A stretch of DNA of 64,000 nt, from assembly GCF_964213995.1 (NCBI RefSeq), contig NW_027590121.1, forward strand, positions 2,604,001 through 2,668,000, read 5' to 3'. This stretch comes from Mustelus asterias. Its lineage: Eukaryota. This document shows, one piece after another, positions 31,805 to 43,156 of the stretch. The notes under the pieces were generated by a model. That model was not told where the DNA came from, did not search any database, and was given only the letters and a program-made list of their open reading frames with translations. Numbering within the stretch: the first letter of the stretch is position 1; each line of letters opens with the position of its first letter. Position numbers and translations under genes: made by a program.

Positions 31805-33129
31805 ATGGAGAAACCGTGGGAATGTGTGGATTGTGGGAAGGGATTCGGTTTCCCATCACAATTGGAAGTTCATCGGCGCAGTCACACTGGGGAGAGACCG
31901 TTCACCTGCTCCGTCTGTGGGAAGGGATTCACCCATTCATACAATCTTCTGACTCACCAACGGGTTCACACTGGGGAGAGGCCGTTCACCTGCCCTGTGT
32001 GTGGGAAGGGATTCACTCGCTCATCCCACATTGTGACACACCAACTTGTTCACACTGATGAGAAACTGTTTACATGTTCTGACTGTGAGAAGAGTTTTAA
32101 ATGCAAAAAAGATCTGCTGACACACCAACGAATTCACACTGGGGAGAGACCGTTCACCTGCTCTGTGTGTGGGAAAGGATTCATTCAGTCATCCCACTTG
32201 CAGACACATCAACTTGTTCACTCTGATAACAAACTTTTTAATTGTTCTGACTGTGCGAAGAGCTTTAAAAACAAAAAGGATCTGCTGACGCACCAATATA
32301 CTCACACTGGGGAGAGGCCATTCACCTGCTGTGTGTGTGGGAAGGGATTCAGCTGCCCATCTGCCCTACTGAACCACCAGAGAATTCACACTGGGGAGAG
32401 GCCCTTGTGGGGGTAGGGCCTGGGTGGGATTGTGGTCGGTGCAGACTCGATGGGCCGAATGGCCTCCTTCTGCACTGTAGGGTTTCTATGATTTCTATGA
32501 CCTGCTCAGACTGTGGGAAGGGATTTATTAATTCATCCAACCTTCTGATACACCAGCAGTTCCACACAGGGGATCGACCGTTCACCTGCTCTGAATGTGG
32601 GAAGGGATTCACCCATTCATACAACCTTCTGACACACCAGCAGGTTCACAGTGAGGAGAGGCCATTCACTTGCTCCGTGTGTGGGAAGGGATTCACCCGT
32701 TCATACAACCTTCTGACACACCAGCAGGTTCACAGTGAGGAAAGGCCATTCACTTGCTCCGTTTGTGGGAAGGGATTCACTCGTTCATCCAACTTATTGA
32801 ATCACCAGCGAGTTCACACTGGGGAAAGGCCGTTCACCTGCTCCACATGTGGGAAGGGATTCAGTCAGTCATCCAACGTGCTGACACATCAGAGAATTCA
32901 CAGTGGGGAGAGGCCATTTACCTGCTCTGTCTGTGGGAAGGGATTTTCTCATTTATCTTATCTTCTGAAACACCAGCGAGTTCACACTGGGGAGAGGCCG
33001 TTCACCTGTAATGTCTGTGGAAAGGGATTTATTCAGTCATCCCACCTGCTAACACACCGGCGAGTTCACAAGGGACTGCAAGGTTTGGATTCTACACTTA
33101 TTGATGCTGTTAATCATATCCAGGTCTGA
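31805..33129 (+). CDS. C2H2 zinc-finger gene E, 14 fingers (7+7), interrupted by a SINE tail at about 32405-32500; truncated, split or splice-rescued
   Basis: accATGG at 31805. Seven fingers end in HTGERPLWG* at 32416; seven more run in another frame from about 32500 to 33129. Acceptor at 31444/31445. Confidence 0.8.
32405..32500 (+). mobile_element. HE1 SINE 3' tail inserted in a finger linker
   Basis: Matches the tail of 19996..20327 (tgtgggggtagggcctgggtgggattg...gggtttctatga); no target-site duplication. Confidence 0.93.
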
Positions 33130-34039
33130 ATCATCTTCACTCTGACTTTTTTCTTCTGTTTGAGGTTTGATATTCTGAATAAATGTGAAATAGACATTTG
33201 ATTGAATCATTGTTGTAGATTTTTGTCTTTTCCATTTGAGTGTTTAACGTCACCAGGCTGGAGCTCAGAAAGGGCAATCTGAGGGAGGATCATACAGTAG
33301 GAACAGAACTTCATTCTTGACCCAGTCCTTCAGGGTCACGCTGAGAGGGTCACACAGCACTTTGGTCTTTTTCGTCACTTTTCACTGACAGCAAAGTCCC
33401 CGTGTGGGTGAATCCTGAGGTGTGTAAGAAATGTGTCCCAGTCGTTCTTTTCCATGGTTCAGAGCTCCGAGACACGGAACAGAAGCTCCTTTACAACTGT
33501 GTTTAGAGTCAGGAAGAACAATGGTGAATGCTGGAAACGTGTGTCAAAGATTGGTGTAAAACTGGGATCTATTCCTGACTGAGAGTGAAACGGCAGGTTT
33601 AGGTTTCCAGACTAAAAATGAAAAAAAGTGTAAAACATTTTAATGTGTGTGTTTCAGTCCTGGTTTATTGAACAGAAACTGGCTTCAAATAAATTGGTTG
33701 AAGTCTGCATTAAAGTAGCAGCTGGAGACGTTCAAAGGAGCCTGTTAACTGCTGGGACAATGAGACAACAATTTGATTCCCAGATAGAGAAGGAGCTGCA
33801 GTGTGTGTCCAAGAATTCTCAGTTTTGTTGTGTGCTTCCCATCCACTATCCTTCTAAATAAACCTCACTCCTATCAGCCTTTAACCATTATAAACAGAAC
33901 AGAGAGAAGCTGAGCAGCACCAGAGCCCTGACTGACCATTTAAGAATGAGTGATGTGTTCAGCTGAAGTTTCCTGTTGGTAGTTTTCTGGGTGATCTCCT
34001 TATTTTGATTATTCTCAGTGACCCCTGGGTGTGAACCTG

Positions 34040-34545
34040 CTCTCCTCTCTTTCAGACATTCACTCACTTAACATCTCCTCTCTCTCAGAAACTCAATCGC
34101 TCAACATCTCTCATCTCTCTAACACTCACTGAACGTCTCTCTTTCTCCAGGCATTCACTCACACTTACCTCACCTTCCACCTCTCTTACACTCTAACCTC
34201 GCTCCTCTCTCATTTTCACTTAATCTCTCTCCTCTCAGAAACTGTCTTCGTCACTTAATGTCTCTCTATCGTTCTTTCAAACACTCACTCATTTAACCTT
34301 CCTATTTCAGATAATGCTTAAACTTATTCATTGTTTTCTCTCTCTCATTACCTCTCTCTGAAAAAGCACAAACACACTTCATCTCTCTTCGCTGTCTGAG
34401 AAAACATTTAATTGATGGAGATTCAATCCTCTCTGTTTCTCTCTCCCACTTCCTCTGACAGGCCTTGACTCACTTTAAATCTCCTCTTTTCTAATAACCC
34501 TCTTTGGGAAAACTCATTTGTTCTCTAATTCCTCCTCATTTCTCC
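34040..34545. repeat. CT-rich low-complexity region
   Basis: Degenerate cactcact..aacatctctcctctctc units with strong pyrimidine bias. Confidence 0.6.
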
Positions 34546-34866
34546 CACTGATGACCCTCAGTCCATCTCCCAATTCAGTGAATGTGTTAAAAGTCCAAAT
34601 AATCTCCTTTATTGTTTAAAATGGGAATGGAGGTGACTGTAATGCTGAGACTGGCAGCAATCTGTGTGGTTGTTCTTGATGCTGTCAGAGTGAGTTCACC
34701 CTCACAGACAGGAAGACTGTTCACGGTGATAACATCAAACTGACGCCGGCTGTTTCATTCTCAGGTAACACAACTTCCTGTTTCTCTGCTGCCGGTTCCA
34801 AACCTCACATCTCACTTCTGAGCAGAAAATAAATCCAGGGACCACAATCTGGTGAGAACATCTGTC

Positions 34867-35785
34867 AATGCGGCCTGTATCGTGAATCGTGTGGAGGACG
34901 GAGAAGATCTGCAGAGAGATTTGGACAGGCTGAGTGAGTGGGCGAGGATATGGCAAATGGAGTATAACGTTGAGAAATGCGAGGTTATACACTTTGGAGG
35001 AAATAATAACAAATGGGATTACTATCTCAATGGAAACAAATTAAAACATGCTACCGTGCAAAGGGACCTGGGGGTCCTTGTGCATGAGACGCAAAAGCCC
35101 AGTCTGCAGGTACAACAGGTGATCAAGAAGGCAAATGGGATGTTGGCCTATATTGCGAGGGGGATAGAATATAAAAGCAGAGATGTCTTGATGCACCTGT
35201 ACAGGGCATTGGTGAGGCCGCAGCTGGAATACTGTGTGCAGTATTGGTCCCCTTATATGAGGAAGGATATATTGGCATTGGAGGGAGTGCAGAGAAGGTT
35301 CACCAGGTTGATACCGGAGATGAGGGGTTTGGATTATGAGGAGAGGCTGAGGAGATTGGGTTTGTACTCGTTGGAGTTTAGAAGGATGAGGGGGGATCTT
35401 ATGGAGACTTATAAGATAATGCGGGGGCTGGATAGGGTGGAGGCGGAGAGATTCTTTCCACTTAGTAAGGAAGTTAAAACTAGAGGACACAGCCTCAAAA
35501 TAAAGGGGGTTCGGTTTAAGACAGAGTTGAGGAGGAACTTCTTCTCCCAGAGGGTGGTGAATCTCTGGAATTCTCTGCCCACTGAGGTGGTGGAGGCTAC
35601 CTCGCTGAATATGTTTAAAGCGCGGATGGATGGATTCTTGATCGGTAAGGGAATTAAGGGTTATGGGGATCAGGCGGGTAAGTGGTACTGATCCACGTCA
35701 GATCAGCCATGATCTTATTGAATGGCGGGGCAGGCTCGAGGGGCTAGATGGCCTACTCCTGCTCCTATTTCTTATGTTCTTATGT
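34867..35785 (+). mobile_element. Young 5'-truncated CR1/HER1 LINE with open ORF2 C-terminus and 7-bp TSD
   Basis: Uninterrupted ORF to 35691 (LQRDLDRLSEWA..RDLGV..LYRALVRPQLEYC..QRVVNLWNSLP), tail cttatgttcttatgt, and atctgtc at 34860-34866 and 35786-35792. Confidence 0.93.
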
Positions 35786-35914
35786 ATCTGTCCAGAGAGT
35801 CAGGGCAGAGTCACAAAGGTCACATTGTGGTGACATTTACAAATGAGTCAGTTATTTCTGTTCAGAGTTTCCATTTGCAGATAAAACCAGCTGTGTCTGT
35901 GGATCAGTTTCTGA

Positions 35915-36265
35915 ATCATAGAATCACAGAAACCCTACAGTGCAGGAGGAGGCCATTCGGCCCATCGAGTCTGCACCGACCACAATCCCACCCAGGCCCT
36001 ACCCCCATATCCCTACATATATTTACCCGCTAATCCCTCTAACCTACACATCTCAGAACACTAAGCGGCAATTTTAGCATGGCCAATCAACATAACCCAC
36101 ACATCTTTGGACTGTGGAAGGAAACCAGAGCACCCGGAGGAAACGCACGCAGACACGAGGAGAATGTGCAAACTCCACACAGACAGTGACCCGAGCCGGG
36201 AATCGAGCCCAGGTCCCTGGAGCTGTGAAGAAGCAGTGCTAACCACTGTGCTATCGTGCCGCCCA
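35915..36265 (-). mobile_element. HE1-type V-SINE, young
   Basis: Full length on the reverse strand. Confidence 0.9.
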
Positions 36266-37805
36266 CTGAGTTCCCTCTGCTCTGATGTGGAGATGCCGAC
36301 TCTGCTCCCCATAGCTGGGAACTGATAGCCTGCTCCCTTAAATTCTAGATCATTCTCTCTGTATTGCTTGTTTCCTCTGTTTCTCAGCTTTTATCTTTGA
36401 CCGTCTCATCTTTCTGCTTTTTAAAATCTTTCTCAATTTTTCTCTGTCTTTCTGTCTCTCCCTTCCTCTGTATCTTTCTCAGGCTTTGTGTGTTCCTATT
36501 TGATCAAGATGTTCAAAATCATGAAGAGTTTCTGATTGATTATAGAAGGATAAACAGGGAGAAAAGCAGAAAAACCCGGCAGGTCCGGCGGCATCTGTTC
36601 AGAGAGTTAACATTTTGAGTCCATGTAATTCTTCAGGGCAGGAAAAACATGGGTTATCCATCTTAGATTAGGGAATGTGATGGGGAGATTTAATAGAGGT
36701 GTTTAAAATGACAAATGATTTATGATAGTGTCAATGGAGAGAAATTATCTCCCAGGAGCAGGAAGTCTGTCGATGGAGAGAATCGATTTCCTCGGTGCAG
36801 GAGGGTCTGTAAGCAGAGGACACAGAGATTTAATATAATTGACAACAGAACTGAAGGGGGTGATAAGGAGAATTTTTTGCACAATAACTTGATATGATCT
36901 GGAATGCACAAACTGACAGGTGCTCGAAGCAGGTTTAATAGTAGCTTTCAAAGGGAATTGGATAAATACTTGCAGAAGGTAAATTGGCAGAGTTATGGTG
37001 AATGGGATTAATTGGACAGTTCACTCATCTTTGTGACATTCTGAATGTTTCTCTCCTAAGGTTTTAATGTTTGATCTTTTCAGTTATAATGTGTCTCAAA
37101 CAGAAGATTAAAATATTGGGTTTGATGAGCTGTCAGATCTCTTTCCTGTGTGTCTGTGTAACTTGCGAACTGGAGATAACCATGAGGAGGAACTGATTAT
37201 TTTCAGTTCCTCTAACAGATACACCTCAGATATCAGAAATCTCAGGAGATCCACATGTCCTCATTATTCTCGCCTCGAGTATAACAGCTCTCAGTCAGGC
37301 CGAGTCAGTCACATGTGTCTCTGTCATGATGTTTCCACTTGTATTTTATCACTCACCTCCCAGTGACACTCACCATAACACAGACACCTTAAAATATCAT
37401 TGTTCCCTTACACTTTGTCCTCCTATTATAATCAAATGTTTGTTGGGCCTCTTGTCTCCCTTAATGTCAGATTACCTGCAGTTAAAATGACCTCAGAGAC
37501 ACTGAAACCGACCTTTGTGATTATTATACCAGACTCCAATCAGCCCCAGGAGCTGCAGTTGTAAAATACAGCAGAATTGGAATAACAGACAGGTTATTGT
37601 TTGATACTGACAATGGGAGAGTAACACACATCGAAATTTAAATACATTATATCAATATACCATGACTCACTCACAGTATCAAATGAAACTTAAACTTTGG
37701 TGAGGGTGCACTAGATACTGACTGTATTACCATTACATTGGATCAAATGATGTGTTCACTAACATACTGCAACGTGACTCTTATTATTTGATCAAACATT
37801 GTATT

Positions 37806-37992
37806 TGTTACACTCAGAGTAAGTCAGTGCTTTGCTGTGTTGTCTCTGTGCTCCATCCCCACTCTGATTGTATTGGAGCCTGTGTGTGTCATTGTTACAC
37901 TCAGAGTAAGTCAGTGCTTTGCTGTGTTGTCTCTGTGCTCCATCCCCACTCTGATTGTATTGGAGCCTGTGTGTGTCATTGTTACACTCAGA
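37806..37992. repeat. 87-bp perfect tandem duplication
   Basis: tgttacactcagagtaagtcagtgc...gtgtgtcat at 37806 and 37893, with a third start at 37980. Confidence 0.92.
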
Positions 37993-38019
37993 CTCTGTCA
38001 CTGATTATTGGACAAGCAG

Positions 38020-38460
38020 CAAGTCACCATCACAATGCCCAGCTGATTGACGGCAGCGTGGACCAATGGGAAGAGGGGGCAGACCTGGAGGACCGATCTG
38101 GAGCCGTTGGTCCTCCAACCAATAGGAGCGAACGAGGGGCGGGGCCACCTTTGACTCGAGCATGCGCAGTGTGAGTAATGGCGATGGAAAACGGTTTTTA
38201 TTTTGGGCCCGGAAATCTGTTCGAGGTGATTGGCGTTACGGAGAGAGCAATGGATCGTCCAGGTGGGTGGAAACGCTGCGTAAGCATGTTGTGAGAGTCG
38301 CAAAATGCGGAAGAGAGCTTCCCGGACCCAGTTTGCACCGAGCAGGCCTGCAGTTCCTCATGTTCGTCCCGGGTTAACGTTCGCCATTTTTATTGGGGGC
38401 AATAGGCAGCAGTGCGCATGTGCGGCCGCCATGTCTGTAGAGGGCAATGCTGTCAATCAG
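38020..38460 (+). promoter_or_regulatory. CpG-rich promoter and first exon, probably of ZNF-G
   Basis: CCAAT x2, GC box, gcatgcgca, ETS-like ccggaa, and CGG|GTTAAC followed by cgccatttt (YY1) at about 38372-38390. Confidence 0.68.
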
Positions 38461-38589
38461 TGGGAGGCGCTTGTTCCCCAGTGTTCAGAATGGAGACAAC
38501 TTGGCCATCAAACTGCATCAACCCTCTGAGTCCCAATGTCTTATTGATGAGGCAGAGCGGTGACAGAGAAGGAAATAGAAAGGGAAATA

Positions 38590-38690
38590 AAAACAATAAA
38601 TGCTGGAAAATCTCAGCAGATCTGACATCATCTGTGGAGAGAGAATAGAACCAACGTTTCGAGACTGGATGACCCATAGTCAGAGCTTGT
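38590..38690 (-). mobile_element. Penelope-type terminal fragment with a degenerate hammerhead
   Basis: Reverse complement CTGACTA-t-gggtc(atcca)gtctc-GAAA-cg-TT; a core G is mutated. Confidence 0.55.
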
Positions 38691-38794
38691 ACACGTGTAA
38701 ACAGAGCATGTAAACTTTGACACCTCCATGTACCCTTGTACACCTCAATCAATCTACTTTGCTCCAAGGAGAACAACCTCAAGTTATCCAGCCT

Positions 38795-39162
38795 AACATT
38801 GAGGTGTATAAAATTCTGAGGGGCACAGATAGGGGGGAGAGGAAGGAACTTTTCTCTTTAGTAGAGAGGTCAATAACCAGGGGCCTGGATTTAAGTTCAG
38901 GGGCAGGAGGTTTATAGGAGATGAGAGGGAAAGCTTTTCCACTCAGATGGTGGTGGGAATCTGGAACTCACTGCCTGAAAGGGTGGTAGAGGTGGGAATC
39001 ATCATCACATTTAAGAAGAATTTAGATAAACTCTTGCAATGCCATAATATGCAAGGTTACACATCACGTGTGGAAAATGGGATTAGAATAGAACGGTGCT
39101 TGATGGCCGGCACAAACACGATGGGCCGAAGGGCCTCTTTCCATGCTGTAAAACTCTATGAT
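38795..39162 (+). mobile_element. CR1/HER1 LINE 3' fragment
   Basis: IEVYKILRGTDR...VVGIWNSLPERVVE plus 3' UTR. Confidence 0.8.
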
Positions 39163-39905
39163 CACCCACGTTGGCAGCAAGTTCAATATCATCATCAATC
39201 ACAACCCCCCCTGTATCTTCACTCACTGAAACAATCCAGTTAAAACATTCTTAGTCGAGAATGTAGCCATATTTCTTTTGGACTGGCAGCCTGCATGGAG
39301 ACTTTCAGCTCTCTATGTCCAGGACAGGAAGCAGTGAGCGTGGATCTGTCAATCAGCCTCAATCAGCACCTTCAGGAGAATTGGGAGGGTGAATATTAGA
39401 TACAGCAGAGTGAGAATGGAGGGAGAGTGTGTGGGATGGAGATTTACAGCTTTTGGGGAATGAGAGAGGAAAGAATGTTCCATAGAAACTAGAATTGTCT
39501 GTTCTGAATTTCTATCCTGTACTGACACTGATGAATTTTGTAAATTGTTTTCACAGGATATTAGAGGAATCACACCGATAAATCTTAACGATCACATCTC
39601 GATCTGACAGAGTCACTCGATTCCTTGGAAACTAAATATCCTTAGCCTCTGAATGGGAAGGAGAAATGTTTGACCGGTCTGTCGACTGCAAGATTTTAAG
39701 CAGCAGTGTGACTGGAAAAACACCAGGACACAAACACACACCCGAGTGAGAGTGTTCCAGTGCATTGAGTGTGGAAAGAGCTTTAACCAGTTACACAGCC
39801 TGAAAAAAACATCGCTGCATTCACAGTGGGGAGAGACTGTACCCGTGTTCTGTGTGGACAAGGCTTCAAATGATTGACCTCCAATGATACAAGGAGACCG
39901 ACAAT

Positions 39906-40640
39906 ATGGAAAAACCGTGGAAATGTGAAGACTGTGGGAAGAGATACAAAGCGCCCTCTCTACTGGAAGTTCATCGGCGCAGCCACACTGGGGAGAGGCC
40001 GTTCGCCTGCTGGGTGTGTGGGAAGGGATTCACTGATTCATCCACTCTGCAGAGACACCAGCAAGTTCACACTGGTGAGAGTGCATTCACCTGCTGTCAG
40101 TGTGGGAAGGGATTTACTCAGATATCAAGCCTGCAGACACACCAGCGAGTTCACACTGGGGAGAGGCCATTCACCTGCTCTCAGTGTGGGAAGGGATTCA
40201 GTAAGTCATCCAACCTACAGAAACACCAGCGTGTTCACACAGGCGAGAGGCCATTCAGCTGCTCTGCATGTGGGAAAAGATTCACTCAGTTATCTCACCT
40301 GCAGACACACCAGCGAGTTCACACTGGGGAGAGACCATTCACTTGCTCTCAGTGTGGGAAGGGATTCACTCAGTTGTACACCCTGCAGACACACCAGCAA
40401 GTTCACACTGGGGAGAGGCCATTCACCTGCTCTCAGTGTGGAACGGGATTCACTCAGTTATCTAATCTGCGGAGACACCAGCGAGTTCACTCTGGAGAGA
40501 GGCCGTTCACCTGCCCTGTGTGTGGGAAGGGATTCACTCGGTTACCCATCCTGCAATCACACCAGCAAGTTCACACCGGGAGAGACTGTTCATCTGCTCT
40601 CAGTGTGGGAAGGGATTCTGTGATTCATCCACCCTGCTGA
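39906..40640 (+). CDS. C2H2 zinc-finger protein G, 244 aa, 8 fingers; a 1-nt deletion at about 40578 puts the ninth finger out of frame
   Basis: ATG at 39906, acceptor tcacag|G at 39556/39557; linker caccgggagagactg lacks one G. Confidence 0.85.
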   Translation: MEKPWKCEDCGKRYKAPSLLEVHRRSHTGERPFACWVCGKGFTDSSTLQRHQQVHTGESAFTCCQCGKGFTQISSLQTHQRVHTGERPFTCSQCGKGFSKSSNLQKHQRVHTGERPFSCSACGKRFTQLSHLQTHQRVHTGERPFTCSQCGKGFTQLYTLQTHQQVHTGERPFTCSQCGTGFTQLSNLRRHQRVHSGERPFTCPVCGKGFTRLPILQSHQQVHTGRDCSSALSVGRDSVIHPPC

Positions 40641-40929
40641 CACACCAACAAGTTCACTAGTGAATATGGGGATTAGATTCTGCTGTTATTGTTTCTGCTC
40701 TCAATTACACCAGGACTGCATTTTGTTCATTCTCACAGTTGGTCAATGGGGAGGGTCGGAGGGTTTCTTTCTGCTGGACTGGCCGGTCTCACAACTTTGC
40801 CTCCAGTGGACCGATGCTCTTTCAGTCTTGTTGCAAATACCTGGTTTTAAATTTCACAAGGATCACAGAGTGACCGGGTGTTAGGAAGTTCAGAGATATT
40901 TAGTCAGAATTTCTGTTTGAAACCCCCCA

Positions 40930-41225
40930 AATGTCCATCCAATTTCCTTTGTAATTGTTTATTGTCTCCACTTCCTCCACCCTCGTCGGCAGCGAGTTCC
41001 AGGTCATTACCATTCGCTGCATCAAAATATTCTTCCTCACATCCCCCCCTCCCCCCCCGCATCTCTGACCCAAAACCATAAATCTATGTCCCCCTCATCC
41101 TTGTCCCATCAGCTAATAGGAACAGCTTTTCTTTGTCCACCTTATCTAAACCTGTCAGAATCTTGTCCACCTCTATCAAATCTCCCCTCAATATCCTTTG
41201 GTCCAGGGGGGACAACCCCAGCCTG
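40930..41225 (-). mobile_element. CR1/HER1 LINE fragment at the same position as the one at 4293-4582 (co-duplicated with the gene)
   Basis: Reverse-complement homology of 40660..41362 to 4157..4845. Confidence 0.82.
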
Positions 41226-41449
41226 ACATCGACAATAAAGAACAAACTCACAGAATATGTTACTGTCTGAAATCAAATGTGCAGGTCGAATTTCTGTTTT
41301 GAAAATATTGCAAACATATTGTCCTGGACAATAAAGGAATTTGAATAACTCACCTTGGGTGTGGGTGAAATGTGTTATGATCCAGGTCAGAAATCCAAGG
41401 TGTTTTACAAAGACAGCCTGGCCATAAGATTTGTAATTGTTTATTGTCA

Positions 41450-41785
41450 GCGGCACGGTAGCTCAGTGGTTAGCACTGCTGCTTCACAGCTCCAGGGACC
41501 TGGGTTCGATTCCGGCTTCAGTCACTGTCTGTGTGGAGTTTGCACATTCTCCTCGTGTCTGCGTGGGTTTCCTCCGGGTGCTCTGGTTTCCTCCCACAGT
41601 CCAAAGATGTGCGAGTTAGGTTGATTGGCCATGCTAAAATTGCCCCTTAGTGTCCTGAGATGTGTAGGTTAGAGGATTAGCAGGTAAATATGTGGGGGTA
41701 TGGGGGTAGGGCCTGGGTGGGATTGTGGTCAGTGCAGACTCGATCGGCCGAATGGCCTCTTTCTGCACTGTAGGGTTTCTATGAT
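41450..41785 (+). mobile_element. HE1-type V-SINE
   Basis: Full head, V-domain and tail. Confidence 0.9.
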
Positions 41786-42122
41786 TTGTACTCGAGTGAG
41801 TGTAAGATGGTTCACTCCAGGTACGATTCAAGTGACCCACTAGGAAGCTTTTATCAAACAAAGTTAATTTAAGAACACAGTTAAAATATAATTAGAAAAA
41901 ATAACCTTTACCAATTGCAATAAAAAGCAACCATTATCTTTCTTATATCAATCAGTACAGCTTGGTGTTTCAAATCAAATAATCCCTACAAAGGGATTCG
42001 CACAGAAAGGAAGTATGCTCACGTGATGCTGGATTTGGCAGCTTTTTAAAACCTGCTGTGAATTAGCCCTTAAAATGTTGAATTCAAACTCTGCCTTCCC
42101 AGTCCTGGAACTTCCAAAACCT

Positions 42123-42123
<1 letters not shown>

Positions 42124-42154
<31 letters not shown>
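42124..42154. repeat. (GA)n microsatellite
   Basis: About 15 perfect GA units. Confidence 0.95.
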
Positions 42155-42158
<4 letters not shown>

Positions 42159-42431
42159 CTTGCTTCTATCTTCCAGCTGGCAATTCAGAGGCAGCAGAAT
42201 CTTCACTCTAGAGAGAGAGAGACGAAAAACACTGCTTTCAGTTTGCAGTCCAGACAGCTTGTGACAAAATGAAACTAAACCTTTCTCTTGTAAAAAAAAC
42301 TGTCCAAAGACAGCACCTGACTTTCAATCAGGCTCCATCCAACAATACCAAAAGGATCATAAAACCCCAGGTCACTGTATTAGCCCAGGCTCAAAATAAA
42401 CAAGATGCACATTATATTAGCTTCATTATAT

Positions 42432-43156
42432 TCATAGAATAGAATCCCAACAGTGCAGAAGGAGGCCATTCAGCCTATCGAGCCTGCACTGACAATAATC
42501 CCAGCCTTTCTCCGTAACACCACCTGTTTACCCTGCTAATCCCCCAGAAACTAGGGTCAATTTAGCATGGCCAATCAACCCAACCCACACATCTTTGGAC
42601 TGTGGGAGGAAACCGGAGCATCTGGAAGAAACTCATGCAGACACGGGGAGAACGTGCAAACTCCGCACAGACAGTGACCCAAGCCAGGAATCAAACCTGG
42701 ATCCCTGGCACTGTGAGACAGCAGTGCTAACCACTACATCCTTGTTCTCCTTGGAATGACGGAGAATGAGGGGAGATCTAATAGAGGTGTACAAGATTAT
42801 GAAGTGTATAGATAGGGTGAACAGTGGGAAGCTTTTTCCCAGGTCGGAGATGACGATCACTAGGGGTCACGGGCTCAAGGTGAGAGGGGCGAAGTATAAC
42901 TCAGATATCAGAGGGACGTTTTTTACACAGAGGGTGGTGGGGGCCTGGAATGCGCTGCCAAGTAGGGTGGTGGAGGCAGGCACGCTGACATCGTTCAAGA
43001 CTTACCTGGATAGTCACATGAGCAGCCTGGGAATGGAGGGATACAAACGATTGGTCTAGTTGGACCAAGGAGCGGCACAGGCTTGGAGGGCCGAAGGGCC
43101 TGTTTCCTGTGCTGTACTGTTCTTTGTTCTTTGTTCACTGTGCCACGATGCCGCCA
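42432..43156 (-). mobile_element. HE1-type V-SINE interrupted in its tRNA head by a CR1 LINE
   Basis: SINE body at 42432-42735; the head resumes as cactgtgccacgatgccgcc at about 43136-43156, with cact duplicated. Confidence 0.85.
42738..43135 (+). mobile_element. 5'-truncated CR1/HER1 LINE nested in the SINE
   Basis: MRGDLIEVYKIMK...FFTQRVVGAWNALP and tail tgttctttgttctttgtt. Confidence 0.9.

Noticed and set aside
34852-35691. 279-aa ORF as a host gene
   Set aside because: It is the ORF2 C-terminus of a 5'-truncated CR1 with tail and TSD.
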